Source of the DNA: Dickeya solani IPO 2222
Lineage (GTDB): Bacteria; Pseudomonadota; Gammaproteobacteria; Enterobacterales; Enterobacteriaceae
DNA length: 32,000 nucleotides
Reading direction: 5' to 3'
NCBI RefSeq assembly: GCF_001644705.1
Contig: NZ_CP015137.1
Span: 3,150,001-3,182,000, forward strand
Shown here piece by piece: positions 15,587-25,247 of the stretch; within the stretch, counting starts at the first letter, position 1, and each line of letters opens with the position of its first letter. The notes under the pieces were generated by a model, which worked only from the letters and a program-made list of their open reading frames with translations, searched no databases and was not told where the DNA came from. Position numbers and translations under genes: made by a program.

Positions 15587-16104
15587 ATGAGGCGTATTCA
15601 ATACGATAAGTACGGTGGGCCGGAGTTGATGCGGATCGAAGACTTCGAGCTGGCTGCACCGGGAAAAGGTGAAGTGGCGGTGCAGGTCAGGTTTGCCGCC
15701 ATCAACCCAATCGACAGGAAGGTTCGCAACGGCTATCTCAAGATAGTCACGGGGAAAGGCTTACCGATCTGTCGACGCTCAGTGAACGGTTCGATGTGGT
15801 CTACGACGCGGCTGCCGTGATGACGACCGCAGAAGGTCTCGGCCTGCTGCGTAACAAGGGGGCTTTTCTTGATCTTAACCCGACACCGGGCACGTTCATG
15901 CTATCCCTCTTCAACCTACGACTGAAGCCGATTGTCTGCACTCCACGGTCCGAGATACTCGATAGCCTCGCTCATGCAGCGGAGGCGGGAAATCTGCGAC
16001 TCTCGGTTGCCAGGGTTGTACCACTGAGCGACGCAATCCCGTTTGTCACCGCTCTTGAAGCGGGCCACAGGCTCGGTGGGAAGGGCCTTGTCGTGATGGA
16101 TTGA
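15587..16104 (+). pseudogene. MDR-superfamily NADPH:quinone-oxidoreductase-like gene with a large internal deletion and a frame change
   Basis: The first 60 aa (MRRIQYDKYGGPELMRIEDFELAAPGKGEVAVQVRFAAINPIDRKVRNG) form a normal GroES-like N-terminus. From about 15760 a different frame reads ...LTDLSTLSERFDVVYDAA...GKGLVVMD, a normal C-terminus. The roughly 150 residues in between, including the nucleotide-binding motif, are missing. Confidence 0.75.
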
Positions 16105-16415
16105 GTGTGTCGCGCAATCTCGATTATTCAATCTTATACAGGCACTTCGTCGGCACCGTGGAACGGTGTCCGGCGCAGTGCTTGCGCGTGAGACTGTCGT
16201 GTCACACCATTCGCCGTGACATCGCTACGTTACAAGCCGTGGGTTAACCATGTTGAACGCCGATGGCAGGGACCACGGCACGAAACCCTCGCCGGCAATC
16301 ATCAGTGTCGCTCAATGTGACAATTGCGGAAGAAGGTATGCCATTTTATGAAAACGGTCAGTCCGTTCCCGGGCACTCAACATAGACGGGCTAAAATGAA
16401 GCGGTAATTAGGCCG

Positions 16416-17822
16416 CTATTTAGTCGATATTGCCAAATGACTTGATTTTCCAATGGTTAAGCTGGCCACGGCAGTGATAGCGCCATAAACCAATGCACTC
16501 AGTGCGACGATCTTGAAAAGCGATGGCAAGTCAGCATCAAAATGCGTAACGGCCAGCCATCCTGCAAAAGCCGCTATCGCCATGCGCGCGGTTCCGGCTA
16601 ATACGGGCCATAGCACGCGTTTCGCCCCTTGACCGGCAAAATAGAGCGCCATGCCGATGCCAATAGCGCCATAGAACGGCGCTACGTTTTGCAGGTAGCG
16701 GGTCCCCGCCGTCAGGATGGCGTGATCGTCACTAAAGAGCGTGAGCCAAAGGCGTGGATATGCCGCCACGCCAAGCCCGATTAACTCCGTAAACGTAAAC
16801 GCAACCGCAGCGCCAATCCAGGTAATACGTTGTGCGCGTTGCACTTGCCCCGCCCCGAGATTGATGCCAACCATGGTCATAACGGCCGTGCCAAGACCAA
16901 ACAGCAGAGGGATTTGCAGATAATCTAGTCTTGAGGCGATGCCATACCCGGCAATGGCATCAGGCCCAAACCGGCCTACAACGGCGGTCACAACGGCAAC
17001 GGTTAAATTGATCTGCACGGTACCGATAGCGGATAGCAAACCCACGCCAAGGATATCCTTGAACAATCGTGAACTCAGCGACGCCGGCGATAGCCTGATA
17101 ACACTACTGGCTGACCGCATGTGCCTTACCAGCAATAGGGTTGCGAAGAGGTAATAGACCAGAATCGCGATGCCGGCCCCGGCGACGCCAAATGATGGAA
17201 TTGGTCCCCACCCCAAAATCAAGGCGGGTGACAATGGCAGTAGGATGGCGGCCCCCAACAGCGTGATACGTGCGGGAGTCTTCGTATCGCCCGCTCCGCG
17301 TAGCGCGGCTGACAACAAGGCAACCACCCAAATTAGCGGCGACCCTACAAAGACGAGGTTCGAATAGCTCATGGCCGCAGAAAGCGCAGGCCCGTTAACG
17401 CCCATCAAGTGATACAGCGCATTACCGCCGATGATGATAATGGCAGCAAAGGCTGCCCCTACAACAGCGGCAATAATAACGCCATGCCATACCAGCGCCT
17501 GCGCATCCTGCCATCGACCGGCGCCGGATGCCCGCGATATCGCCGATGATAATCCCCCGCCGATGCCGCCGTTCGCCATCATCTGCATTAGCATCAAGAC
17601 GGGAAATACCACCGCCACCCCGGCTAATACATCAGCGCCAAGCGAGCTTACAAAGTAGGTTTCCACTATCCCCACCAGCGCCTGAACCACCAGTACCGCA
17701 ATCGTCGGCAACGCCAGACGAAGCATGACCGGCAGGATGGGGCCGACCAGAATATCCGTGGTCAATTGTTTGGCGGTCGGCTCATGGCTTCGATTTGCGT
17801 TCGGTAATAATTTAGTCATCAT
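16416..17822 (-). CDS. MATE-family efflux transporter
   Basis: 468 aa with about 12 TM segments. The MATE-style N-terminal region (LRLALPTIAVLVVQALVGIVETYFVSSLGADVLAGVAV) and internal duplication are present. Confidence 0.88.
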   Translation of the reverse strand: MMTKLLPNANRSHEPTAKQLTTDILVGPILPVMLRLALPTIAVLVVQALVGIVETYFVSSLGADVLAGVAVVFPVLMLMQMMANGGIGGGLSSAISRASGAGRWQDAQALVWHGVIIAAVVGAAFAAIIIIGGNALYHLMGVNGPALSAAMSYSNLVFVGSPLIWVVALLSAALRGAGDTKTPARITLLGAAILLPLSPALILGWGPIPSFGVAGAGIAILVYYLFATLLLVRHMRSASSVIRLSPASLSSRLFKDILGVGLLSAIGTVQINLTVAVVTAVVGRFGPDAIAGYGIASRLDYLQIPLLFGLGTAVMTMVGINLGAGQVQRAQRITWIGAAVAFTFTELIGLGVAAYPRLWLTLFSDDHAILTAGTRYLQNVAPFYGAIGIGMALYFAGQGAKRVLWPVLAGTARMAIAAFAGWLAVTHFDADLPSLFKIVALSALVYGAITAVASLTIGKSSHLAISTK

Positions 17823-17854
17823 GCAGGCCCAACATTCAGTGTTATGAATAAAAT

Positions 17855-19336
17855 TTAAACGCCGCTATTGCTGTGCTGACCGGGAGCAGACGCCCCCGTT
17901 TCACCGGGTTGCCAGCCGCCGCCGAGCGCTTTGAACGCCGCGACCGCCGCGCGTGCGGATTCGGCTTGCGCCTGAAGTCGCGCATCAGAAGCCCGCAGCA
18001 TACTTTCGTCGGCTTGCAGCACCTCTATCAGGCTAAGGGTGCCGTGCTGATAGGCCGCAAACGCGGCATCCCGCGCCCGGCTGAGTGAATCAACCCCTTG
18101 CGTCAGCACGCGGGCCTGCTCCTCATTGTTAACCAGCGCCGAGAAGGCGTTTTCCACATCTTCGGTAGCCCGCAATACCGCCAGCCGATAGGCCGCCAGC
18201 ATCTCAGCCTCCTGGCCTTTGGCCTGGTTGATCTGCGCATTGATGCGGCCAAAATCGAACAGCCGCCAGCGCAAACCGATCACACCGGACGATTGGCTGG
18301 CGCCGTTGCTAAACAAGTTGCCGCTGGATACCGTCGTCGCGCTGCCAAGCAGCCCACTCAGGGAAAATTTGGGGTAATACTCTGCAACGGCGACACCAAT
18401 ACGCGCGTTGGATGCGGCTAAGCGACGCTCAGCCACGATCAGGTCCGGTCGGCGCCGAAGCAGTTCGCCCGGCGTGCCGGTCGCGGCGATTTGCGGCGCG
18501 GCGGGAATGGCGCTCGTCTCGGCAAGCACTGCCCGGTGCGTGCCCGGCGCTGACCCCAGCATCACATCCAGTGCGTTCATTGCTGTATCCAGCGCAGTTT
18601 GTAAAACGGGCACCGATGCCTGCACCTGCGCCAACGCGCCTTCGGCCTGTCTTACCTGAAGCTCCGCCGCCAACCCTTTGTCATACAAGCGGTTGATGGT
18701 TGCGAGTAACTCCTGCTGCGTTTGCACTTGCCGCCGGGCGACATTCAGACGGGCCTGTAATCCACGAATCGTGATGTAGATGTCGGCGGTTTGTGCGGTT
18801 ACCGCCAGACGTGTTGCCACCACTCCCGCTTCAGACGCCTGATACTCGGCAAGAGCCGCTTCCCGCCCGCGGCGCAGGCCGCCGAACACATCCAGTTCCC
18901 AACTGGCACCGAGATTGGCCTCGTAAGAATTACCGTAGCGGTCGAAACCCGGCGTCGAATTCAATACTTTCCCCAACGGGGTTTCGACAGACTGGTAGGC
19001 ACGGCCCGCCTGACCGGAAATGTTGCCGGAAGGCAGCAGTGCGGCATTCGCCGCGCCAAGACCGGCGCGGGCCTGCACCACGCGCGCGGAAGCCTGCGCA
19101 AGATCGAGATTCTGCTGCAACGCCTGCGTGATAAATCGGGTTAATTGCGGATCGCCGAACCCCTCCCACCACGTCAGAAGCTCGGCACGGGCGGCAGCAT
19201 GTCGTTGATTAACAGCCTCCTGACCAAGGTATTTTTCCTGCATTGACACAGCAGGCCGGGTGTAATCAGGGCCGACAGCACAACCGGCTAACAAACCAGC
19301 CACGGTAAGGACGATAACGGGAGACTTGGGTAACAT
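17855..19336 (-). CDS. RND-type efflux outer-membrane lipoprotein, NodT family
   Basis: Lipobox LLAGC followed by the GPDYTRP motif characteristic of NodT/OprM-type OMFs. About 490 aa. Start chosen at MLPKSPV (19336). Confidence 0.9.
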   Translation of the reverse strand: MLPKSPVIVLTVAGLLAGCAVGPDYTRPAVSMQEKYLGQEAVNQRHAAARAELLTWWEGFGDPQLTRFITQALQQNLDLAQASARVVQARAGLGAANAALLPSGNISGQAGRAYQSVETPLGKVLNSTPGFDRYGNSYEANLGASWELDVFGGLRRGREAALAEYQASEAGVVATRLAVTAQTADIYITIRGLQARLNVARRQVQTQQELLATINRLYDKGLAAELQVRQAEGALAQVQASVPVLQTALDTAMNALDVMLGSAPGTHRAVLAETSAIPAAPQIAATGTPGELLRRRPDLIVAERRLAASNARIGVAVAEYYPKFSLSGLLGSATTVSSGNLFSNGASQSSGVIGLRWRLFDFGRINAQINQAKGQEAEMLAAYRLAVLRATEDVENAFSALVNNEEQARVLTQGVDSLSRARDAAFAAYQHGTLSLIEVLQADESMLRASDARLQAQAESARAAVAAFKALGGGWQPGETGASAPGQHSNSGV

Positions 19337-19366
19337 ATTTTTCCACCATAGACATTGCACCGATTT

Positions 19367-19390
19367 GTGACCATATTACAAATTGGTCAC
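19367..19390. promoter_or_regulatory. Candidate TetR operator O1: GTGACCATATTACAAATTGGTCAC
   Basis: GTGACCA / TGGTCAC are perfect 7-bp inverted arms. The site sits in the divergent OMF/tetR intergenic region and is nearly identical to the site at 20100-20123. Confidence 0.7.
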
Positions 19391-19460
19391 TCGTTGTCAA
19401 TGAGAAGGTCAGGGGGTAAACTTCCCCCTTGTGTATTACGTCAGGGGCAAATTGCAAACT

Positions 19461-20078
19461 ATGAGTAAAGAAAACCCTTATCCCGTGTCGAACCGGGGCC
19501 CGGCTGATCATGATGTACGGGATCAGATAGTGAGCGCCGCGACTGAGCACTTCAGACTTTATGGCTATGAAAAAACTACGGTTTCTGACCTCGCCAAATC
19601 CATCGGTTTTTCCAAGGCCTACATCTACAAGTTCTTCTCATCCAAGCAGGTGATTGGCGAGATGATTTGTGCCAACTGCCTGCGAGAGATCGAAGCAGAA
19701 GTTCGCGCCGCCGTTGAGGAGGCCGATCAGCCGCCGGAAAAATTGCGACAAATGTTTAAGGCCGCCGTCGAAGCCAGCCTTCGTTTGTTCTTCCATGACA
19801 GAAAGCTGTATGAAATTGCCGCCTCCTCCGCCAGCGAGCGCTGGCAGTCGGCGATCGCCTATGAAGAACGCATCCAGACACTGCTGCATGATATTTTGCT
19901 GGAAGGCCGACAGAGCGGGGATTTTGAACGAAAAACGCCGCTTGATGAAACGGCAGCTGCGATTTATCTCGTCATGCGCCCTTATCTCAACCCACTGATA
20001 TTGCAGCACAGTTTCGATTACGCCGATAAGGCGCCGGCACAGCTGTCCAGCCTGATACTGCGTAGCTTATCGCCATAG
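19461..20078 (+). CDS. TetR/AcrR-family transcriptional repressor
   Basis: N-terminal HTH (IVSAATEHFRLYGYEKTTVSDLAKSIGFSKAYIYKFFSSKQ) and about 205 aa in total. Located between the OMF gene and the MFP-RND genes. Confidence 0.9.
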   Translation: MSKENPYPVSNRGPADHDVRDQIVSAATEHFRLYGYEKTTVSDLAKSIGFSKAYIYKFFSSKQVIGEMICANCLREIEAEVRAAVEEADQPPEKLRQMFKAAVEASLRLFFHDRKLYEIAASSASERWQSAIAYEERIQTLLHDILLEGRQSGDFERKTPLDETAAAIYLVMRPYLNPLILQHSFDYADKAPAQLSSLILRSLSP

Positions 20079-20099
20079 TTCAGCAACGAACATGAAATG

Positions 20100-20123
20100 G
20101 TGACTATTGACTAAATTGGTCAC
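20100..20123. promoter_or_regulatory. Candidate TetR operator O2: GTGACTATTGACTAAATTGGTCAC
   Basis: Same 24-bp frame and outer arms as O1. It contains TTGACT (a -35-like hexamer) and lies 49 nt upstream of the MFP start codon. Confidence 0.65.
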
Positions 20124-20171
20124 TTGATTGAAGATGGGTCTCCTGATTAATCCGTCAAGGGGACTCTACAT

Positions 20172-21287
20172 ATGGCACGTCGCCGCCTCCTTTCATTTGC
20201 AGTCATCTGCGCATTGCCGTTTGCCCTGGCCGCCTGCGGCGAAAAAACATCCTCCGACCCGCGAACGCAGGCGCCACTGGTACGATCCTCAACGATACAG
20301 GGCTCAGAGGTTGAGTCACGGACGTTCACCGGAACGATCGCCGCCAGAATAGAGAGTGATTTAGGGTTCCGGGTCTCCGGCAAAGTGCTGGAACGACTGG
20401 TCGATACGGGACAAGCGGTCAAACGTGGTCAGCCGTTGATGCGGCTTGACCCCATCGATCTGGAACTCGCCGCTCGCGCGCAGCAGGAAGCGGTAGCCGC
20501 CGCCCGTGCGCGGGCGTTACAAACCGCAGAAGATGAGGCACGCTACCGCGGCCTGCGAGGAACCGGTGCGATATCGTCATCCGCTTACGACCAGGTGAAA
20601 GCAGCGGCAGACGCAGCAAAAGCCCAGCTCAGTGCGGCACAGGCCCAGGCCGACGTGGCCCGAAATGCCAGCCGCTATGCGGTATTAGTCGCCGATGGTG
20701 ATGGCATCGTGATGGAAACGCTGGCCGAACCGGGCCAGGTGGTCAGCGCCGGGCAAACCGTGGTTCGCCTGGCTCAGGCCGGGCAGCGCGAAGCGATTAT
20801 CCAGCTACCGGAAACGCTGCGCCCCGCGCTCGGTTCAACCGGGCTGGCAACACGCTTTGGTCAGGCAGGCACCGGCAGTCCGGCCACCCTGCGACAACTC
20901 TCCAACACGGCAGACAAGCTGACGCGCACATTCGAGGCGCGCTATGTACTGCAAGGCGAGCTGGCCAATGCACCGCTGGGAACAACGGTGATGATCCGTA
21001 TCCCCGACCAGCAATCCGCTACGCAGGGAAGCCTGCAAGTGCCGCTGGCCGCCTTGTTTGACGCCGGTAAAGGGCCGGGAGTGTGGGTGATTCACGGTGA
21101 ACCGGCGACGGTAACCTGGCGCCCGGTCACCATTCAGAACATGAGCGACGACACGGCACGCGTCACCGGCCAGATACAGCAAGGCGAGCAGATCGTCGCG
21201 CTCGGCGCACATCTGCTGCGCGAAGGCGAACCGGTGCGGGTCGCTGACGTTGCCGCCACAACTGCTGCTGCGGGAGGTCGCCCGTGA
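20172..21287 (+). CDS. RND efflux periplasmic adaptor (MFP) lipoprotein
   Basis: Lipobox ALAAC. Lipoyl motif (G.V.E.LVDTGQAVKRGQPLMRLD), alpha-hairpin and beta-barrel regions are present. Its stop codon overlaps the RND start (GTGA). Confidence 0.9.
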   Translation: MARRRLLSFAVICALPFALAACGEKTSSDPRTQAPLVRSSTIQGSEVESRTFTGTIAARIESDLGFRVSGKVLERLVDTGQAVKRGQPLMRLDPIDLELAARAQQEAVAAARARALQTAEDEARYRGLRGTGAISSSAYDQVKAAADAAKAQLSAAQAQADVARNASRYAVLVADGDGIVMETLAEPGQVVSAGQTVVRLAQAGQREAIIQLPETLRPALGSTGLATRFGQAGTGSPATLRQLSNTADKLTRTFEARYVLQGELANAPLGTTVMIRIPDQQSATQGSLQVPLAALFDAGKGPGVWVIHGEPATVTWRPVTIQNMSDDTARVTGQIQQGEQIVALGAHLLREGEPVRVADVAATTAAAGGRP

Positions 21288-24200
21288 GTGAAAGCCGTTT
21301 CAATCTGTCGGCGCTTGCGGTACACGAACGCGCCATCACATTGTTCCTGATTTTCCTGATCTCCGTCGCCGGTATCCTCGCGTTTTTTCAGCTCGGACGT
21401 GCGGAAGATCCGCCGTTTACCATCAAGCAGATGACGATCATCACCGCCTGGCCGGGAGCCACGGCGCAGGAGATGCAGGATCAGGTCGCCGAACCGCTGG
21501 AAAAACGCCTGCAGGAGCTGCGTTGGTACGACCGCGCGGAAACCTACACCCGTCCCGGCCTGGCTGTCACCATGCTTTCTCTGCTTGACAGCGCGCCGCC
21601 TTCGGAGGTTAAGGAGGAGTTTTATCAGGCCCGTAAGAAGATGGGAGATGAAGCCAAAAAATTGCCTGCCGGCGTCATCGGCCCCCTCATCAACGACGAA
21701 TATGCCGACGTGACGTTCGCGCTCTTTGCGCTCAAAGCCAAAGGCGAACCGCAGCGGCTGCTGGTGCGGGATGCGGAAACGTTACGCCAGCAACTGCTGC
21801 ACGTTCCGGGGGTGAAGAAGGTCAATATCATCGGGGAGCAGCCTGAGCGCATTTTCGTTTCGTTCTCCCACGACCGCCTGGCTACGCTGGGCGTCACACC
21901 GCAGGATATCTTCGCCGCGCTCAATAACCAGAACGTACTGACCCCGGCCGGCTCCATTGAGACCAAAGGGCCGCAGGTGTTTGTGCGCGTCGACGGCGCG
22001 TTCGATAACCTGGAGAAAATCCGCCAGACCCCTATCGTGGCGCAGGGACGGACGCTGAAGTTATCGGATGTGGCAACCGTCGAGCGCGGTTATGAAGACC
22101 CCTCGACCTTCATGGTCCGCAGCAACGGTGAACCGGCGCTGTTGCTGGGCGTCGTGATGCGTGACGACTGGAACGGGCTTAAGCTCGGCCAGGCGCTTGA
22201 AGCGGAAGTCACCAATATCAACGCAGCGCTTCCCCTGGGTATGACCCTGAGCAAAGTGACCGACCAGGCCGTCAACATCAGTTCGGCGGTCGACGAGTTC
22301 ATGGTCAAATTCTTCGTCGCCTTGCTGGTCGTGATGGCGGTGTGTTTTCTCAGCATGGGCTGGCGCGTCGGTATCGTGGTCGCCGCGGCGGTTCCGCTGA
22401 CGCTGGCGGCCGTGTTCGTCATCATGGCCGCCAGCGGCAAGAACTTTGACCGCATCACGCTGGGTTCGCTGATTCTGGCGCTGGGCTTGCTGGTGGATGA
22501 CGCCATCATCGCCATCGAAATGATGGTGGTGAAAATGGAAGAAGGCTACAGCCGCATCAAAGCGTCGGCCTATGCCTGGAGCCACACGGCGGCCCCGATG
22601 CTTTCCGGTACGCTGGTGACGGCCATCGGCTTCATGCCGAACGGGTTCGCCCGCTCCACCGCCGGTGAATACACCAGCAATATGTTCTGGATCGTCGGTA
22701 TCGCGCTGATCGCTTCCTGGGTGGTGGCGGTAGCGTTCACCCCTTATCTGGGGGTGAAAATGCTGCCGGATATCAAGAAGGTCGAGGGCGGACACGACGC
22801 CATCTACAACACCCGTAACTACAACCGCTTTCGGCAGGTGCTGGGGCACGTGATTGCCCACAAGTGGCTCGTCGCCGGCACCGTTATCACACTGTTCGTG
22901 GTATCGGTGCTTGGCATGGGAGTAGTCAAGCAGCAGTTCTTCCCGACGTCCGACCGGCCAGAAGTGCTTGTGGAAGTGCAGATGCCGTACGGCACCTCGA
23001 TTGAACAAACCAGCACCGCCACCGCGAAAGTCGAAGCCTGGCTGGCGCAGCAGAAAGAAGCGCAGATCGTAACGTCCTACATCGGCCAGGGTGCGCCGCG
23101 TTTCTTCCTGGCAATGTCGCCTGAATTGCCCGATCCGTCGTTCGCCAAAATCGTGGTGCTGGCAGGTAACGATAAAGAGCGCGAAGCCCTCAAGTTCAGG
23201 TTGCGCGAGGCGATAGCCGGCGGCTTAGCGCCGGAAGCGCAGGTGCGTGTCACTCAGATCGTGTTTGGCCCGCCGTCGCCGTTCCCCGTCGCCTACCGCG
23301 TCATGGGGCCGGATCCGGACAAGCTGCGCGCCATCGCCGATGAAGTCGGGACAGTGATGCGCGCCAGCCCGATGATGCGCACCGTCAATACGGATTGGGG
23401 ACCGCGTGTTCCAACCTTGCACTTCACGCTCAACCAGGACCGTCTCCAGGCGGTAGGGCTGACCACCAATTCGGTGTCCTTGCAACTGCAGTTCCTGCTG
23501 AGCGGAGTACCGATTACGGAGGTGCGTGAGGATATTCGTTCGGTGCAGGTCGTCGGCCGCGCGGCGGGTGATATCCGCCTTGATCCCGCCAGGATCGCCG
23601 ACTTTACGCTAGTCGGTTCCGCCGGGCAGCGCATCCCGCTGTCTCAGGTGGGGTCGGTCGATGTACGCATGGAAGACCCGATCCTGCGACGCCGTGACCG
23701 CACGCCGACCATCACGGTTCGCGGCGACATCGGTGAAGGACTGCAACCGCCGGACGTTTCCACCGCCATCATGACGCAGTTGCAACCGATCATCGACCAT
23801 CTTCCGGCAGGTTACCGGATCGAACAGGCCGGCTCGATCGAGGAATCCGCCAAGGCGACGAAAGCCATGCTGCCGCTTTTCCCGATCATGATCGCCCTCA
23901 CACTGCTCATCATCATTCTGCAGGTGCGTTCTATTGCGGCGATGGTCATGGTGTTCGCCACCAGTCCGCTGGGTTTGATCGGCGTGGTGCCGACTCTGCT
24001 GCTGTTCCAGCAACCGTTCGGCATCAACGCGCTGGTTGGCCTGATTGCCTTATCAGGGATCCTGATGCGCAACACGCTGATACTGATTGGGCAGATCCAC
24101 CACAACGAACAGGAGGGACTGGATCCGTTCCGTGCAGTCGTCGAGGCCACCGTACAGCGAGCCCGACCGGTGCTCCTGACGGCGCTGGCGGCAATTCTGG

Positions 24201-24349
24201 CGTTCATCCCGCTCACCCATTCGGTGTTCTGGGGAACGCTGGCCTACACGCTGATTGGCGGCACGTTGGCCGGGACGATCCTGACGCTGGTGTTCCTGCC
24301 GGCCATGTATTCCATCTGGTTCAAGATCAGAGCGGTCCGTCATGCATGA
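21284..24349 (+). CDS. RND (HAE1, AcrB-like) inner-membrane efflux permease
   Basis: 1021 aa. The N-terminus FNLSALAVHERAITLFLIFL is AcrB-like, and the TM4 motif LGLLVDDAIIAIE carries the proton-relay aspartate pair. Two large periplasmic loops. Confidence 0.93.
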   Translation: MSESRFNLSALAVHERAITLFLIFLISVAGILAFFQLGRAEDPPFTIKQMTIITAWPGATAQEMQDQVAEPLEKRLQELRWYDRAETYTRPGLAVTMLSLLDSAPPSEVKEEFYQARKKMGDEAKKLPAGVIGPLINDEYADVTFALFALKAKGEPQRLLVRDAETLRQQLLHVPGVKKVNIIGEQPERIFVSFSHDRLATLGVTPQDIFAALNNQNVLTPAGSIETKGPQVFVRVDGAFDNLEKIRQTPIVAQGRTLKLSDVATVERGYEDPSTFMVRSNGEPALLLGVVMRDDWNGLKLGQALEAEVTNINAALPLGMTLSKVTDQAVNISSAVDEFMVKFFVALLVVMAVCFLSMGWRVGIVVAAAVPLTLAAVFVIMAASGKNFDRITLGSLILALGLLVDDAIIAIEMMVVKMEEGYSRIKASAYAWSHTAAPMLSGTLVTAIGFMPNGFARSTAGEYTSNMFWIVGIALIASWVVAVAFTPYLGVKMLPDIKKVEGGHDAIYNTRNYNRFRQVLGHVIAHKWLVAGTVITLFVVSVLGMGVVKQQFFPTSDRPEVLVEVQMPYGTSIEQTSTATAKVEAWLAQQKEAQIVTSYIGQGAPRFFLAMSPELPDPSFAKIVVLAGNDKEREALKFRLREAIAGGLAPEAQVRVTQIVFGPPSPFPVAYRVMGPDPDKLRAIADEVGTVMRASPMMRTVNTDWGPRVPTLHFTLNQDRLQAVGLTTNSVSLQLQFLLSGVPITEVREDIRSVQVVGRAAGDIRLDPARIADFTLVGSAGQRIPLSQVGSVDVRMEDPILRRRDRTPTITVRGDIGEGLQPPDVSTAIMTQLQPIIDHLPAGYRIEQAGSIEESAKATKAMLPLFPIMIALTLLIIILQVRSIAAMVMVFATSPLGLIGVVPTLLLFQQPFGINALVGLIALSGILMRNTLILIGQIHHNEQEGLDPFRAVVEATVQRARPVLLTALAAILAFIPLTHSVFWGTLAYTLIGGTLAGTILTLVFLPAMYSIWFKIRAVRHA

Positions 24350-24392
24350 TCTGTCTACTGACCATTAATTATCTGATTTGAGAGGACTTACC

Positions 24393-25199
24393 ATGTCAAA
24401 ACAAAAGGTTGTAGTGGTTACCGGCGTATCGTCAGGCATAGGACGTGCCGTAGCAAAGAAATTTGCCAGTCAGGGCTGTATGGTCTTCGGCACCGTGCGC
24501 AACATCAATACGGCGAATACCTTGCCCGGTGTGGAACTGATCGAAATGGATGTGCGTGACGACGACGCCGTACAGCGCGGCATTCAGTCTATCGTTGAGC
24601 GAGCTCAACGTATTGATGTGCTTATCAATAACGCGGGAACAGGCTTAGTCGGCGCGGTGGAAGAGACGTCGACGGCGGAAGCCGCCGCCCTGTTCGATAC
24701 CAACGTGTTCAGTATTTTGCGCACGGTACAGGCGGTGCTGCCGCTCATGCGGGCGCAGGGTAGCGGGCGGATCGTCAATGTCAGTTCGGTGCTCGGTTTC
24801 CTCCCGGCGCCGTACATGGGGCTGTACTCCGCTTCCAAGCACGCGGTGGAAGGACTCACGGAAAGTCTGGATCACGAAGTACGCCAGTTTGGTATCCGCG
24901 TCACGCTGGTGGAACCGTCTTTCACCCGAACCAATCTGGATATCAATGCGCCGCAGACCAGCGCCAAACTCGACAGCTACGATCGCGAGCGGGAGAAGGC
25001 ATCACACGCCATCGTCAACAGCGTCAAAAATGCTCCCGACCCTGAAGGGGTGGCGGCCACGATTGTCGATGCCGCGCTGGGGCCATGGCAGATGCGCCGC
25101 ACACCGTCAGGGCAAGCCTCTCTGTTACGTAAATTGCGCCGCTTTATGCCTGCCGGGCCGGTCGATTCCAGTTTACGCAAAACCTTCGGGCTCAATTGA
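24393..25199 (+). CDS. Short-chain dehydrogenase/reductase (classical SDR)
   Basis: TGVSSGIG cofactor motif, NNAG, and catalytic S...YSASK. Confidence 0.88.
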   Translation: MSKQKVVVVTGVSSGIGRAVAKKFASQGCMVFGTVRNINTANTLPGVELIEMDVRDDDAVQRGIQSIVERAQRIDVLINNAGTGLVGAVEETSTAEAAALFDTNVFSILRTVQAVLPLMRAQGSGRIVNVSSVLGFLPAPYMGLYSASKHAVEGLTESLDHEVRQFGIRVTLVEPSFTRTNLDINAPQTSAKLDSYDREREKASHAIVNSVKNAPDPEGVAATIVDAALGPWQMRRTPSGQASLLRKLRRFMPAGPVDSSLRKTFGLN

Positions 25200-25247
25200 A
25201 CATCTATTTAGCTTTCAAACCATCAACATTTTAGGGGGGAATACGCT

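Noticed and set aside
22061-23008. 315-aa minus-strand ORF, together with several others (21625-21966, 22090-22515, 23225-24343), lying antisense inside the RND gene
   Set aside because: These ORFs fall entirely within a strongly supported 1021-aa AcrB-like gene. Their translations are His/Arg/Gly/Asp-rich and low in complexity, as expected from reading a high-GC gene backwards. They have no SD sequences.
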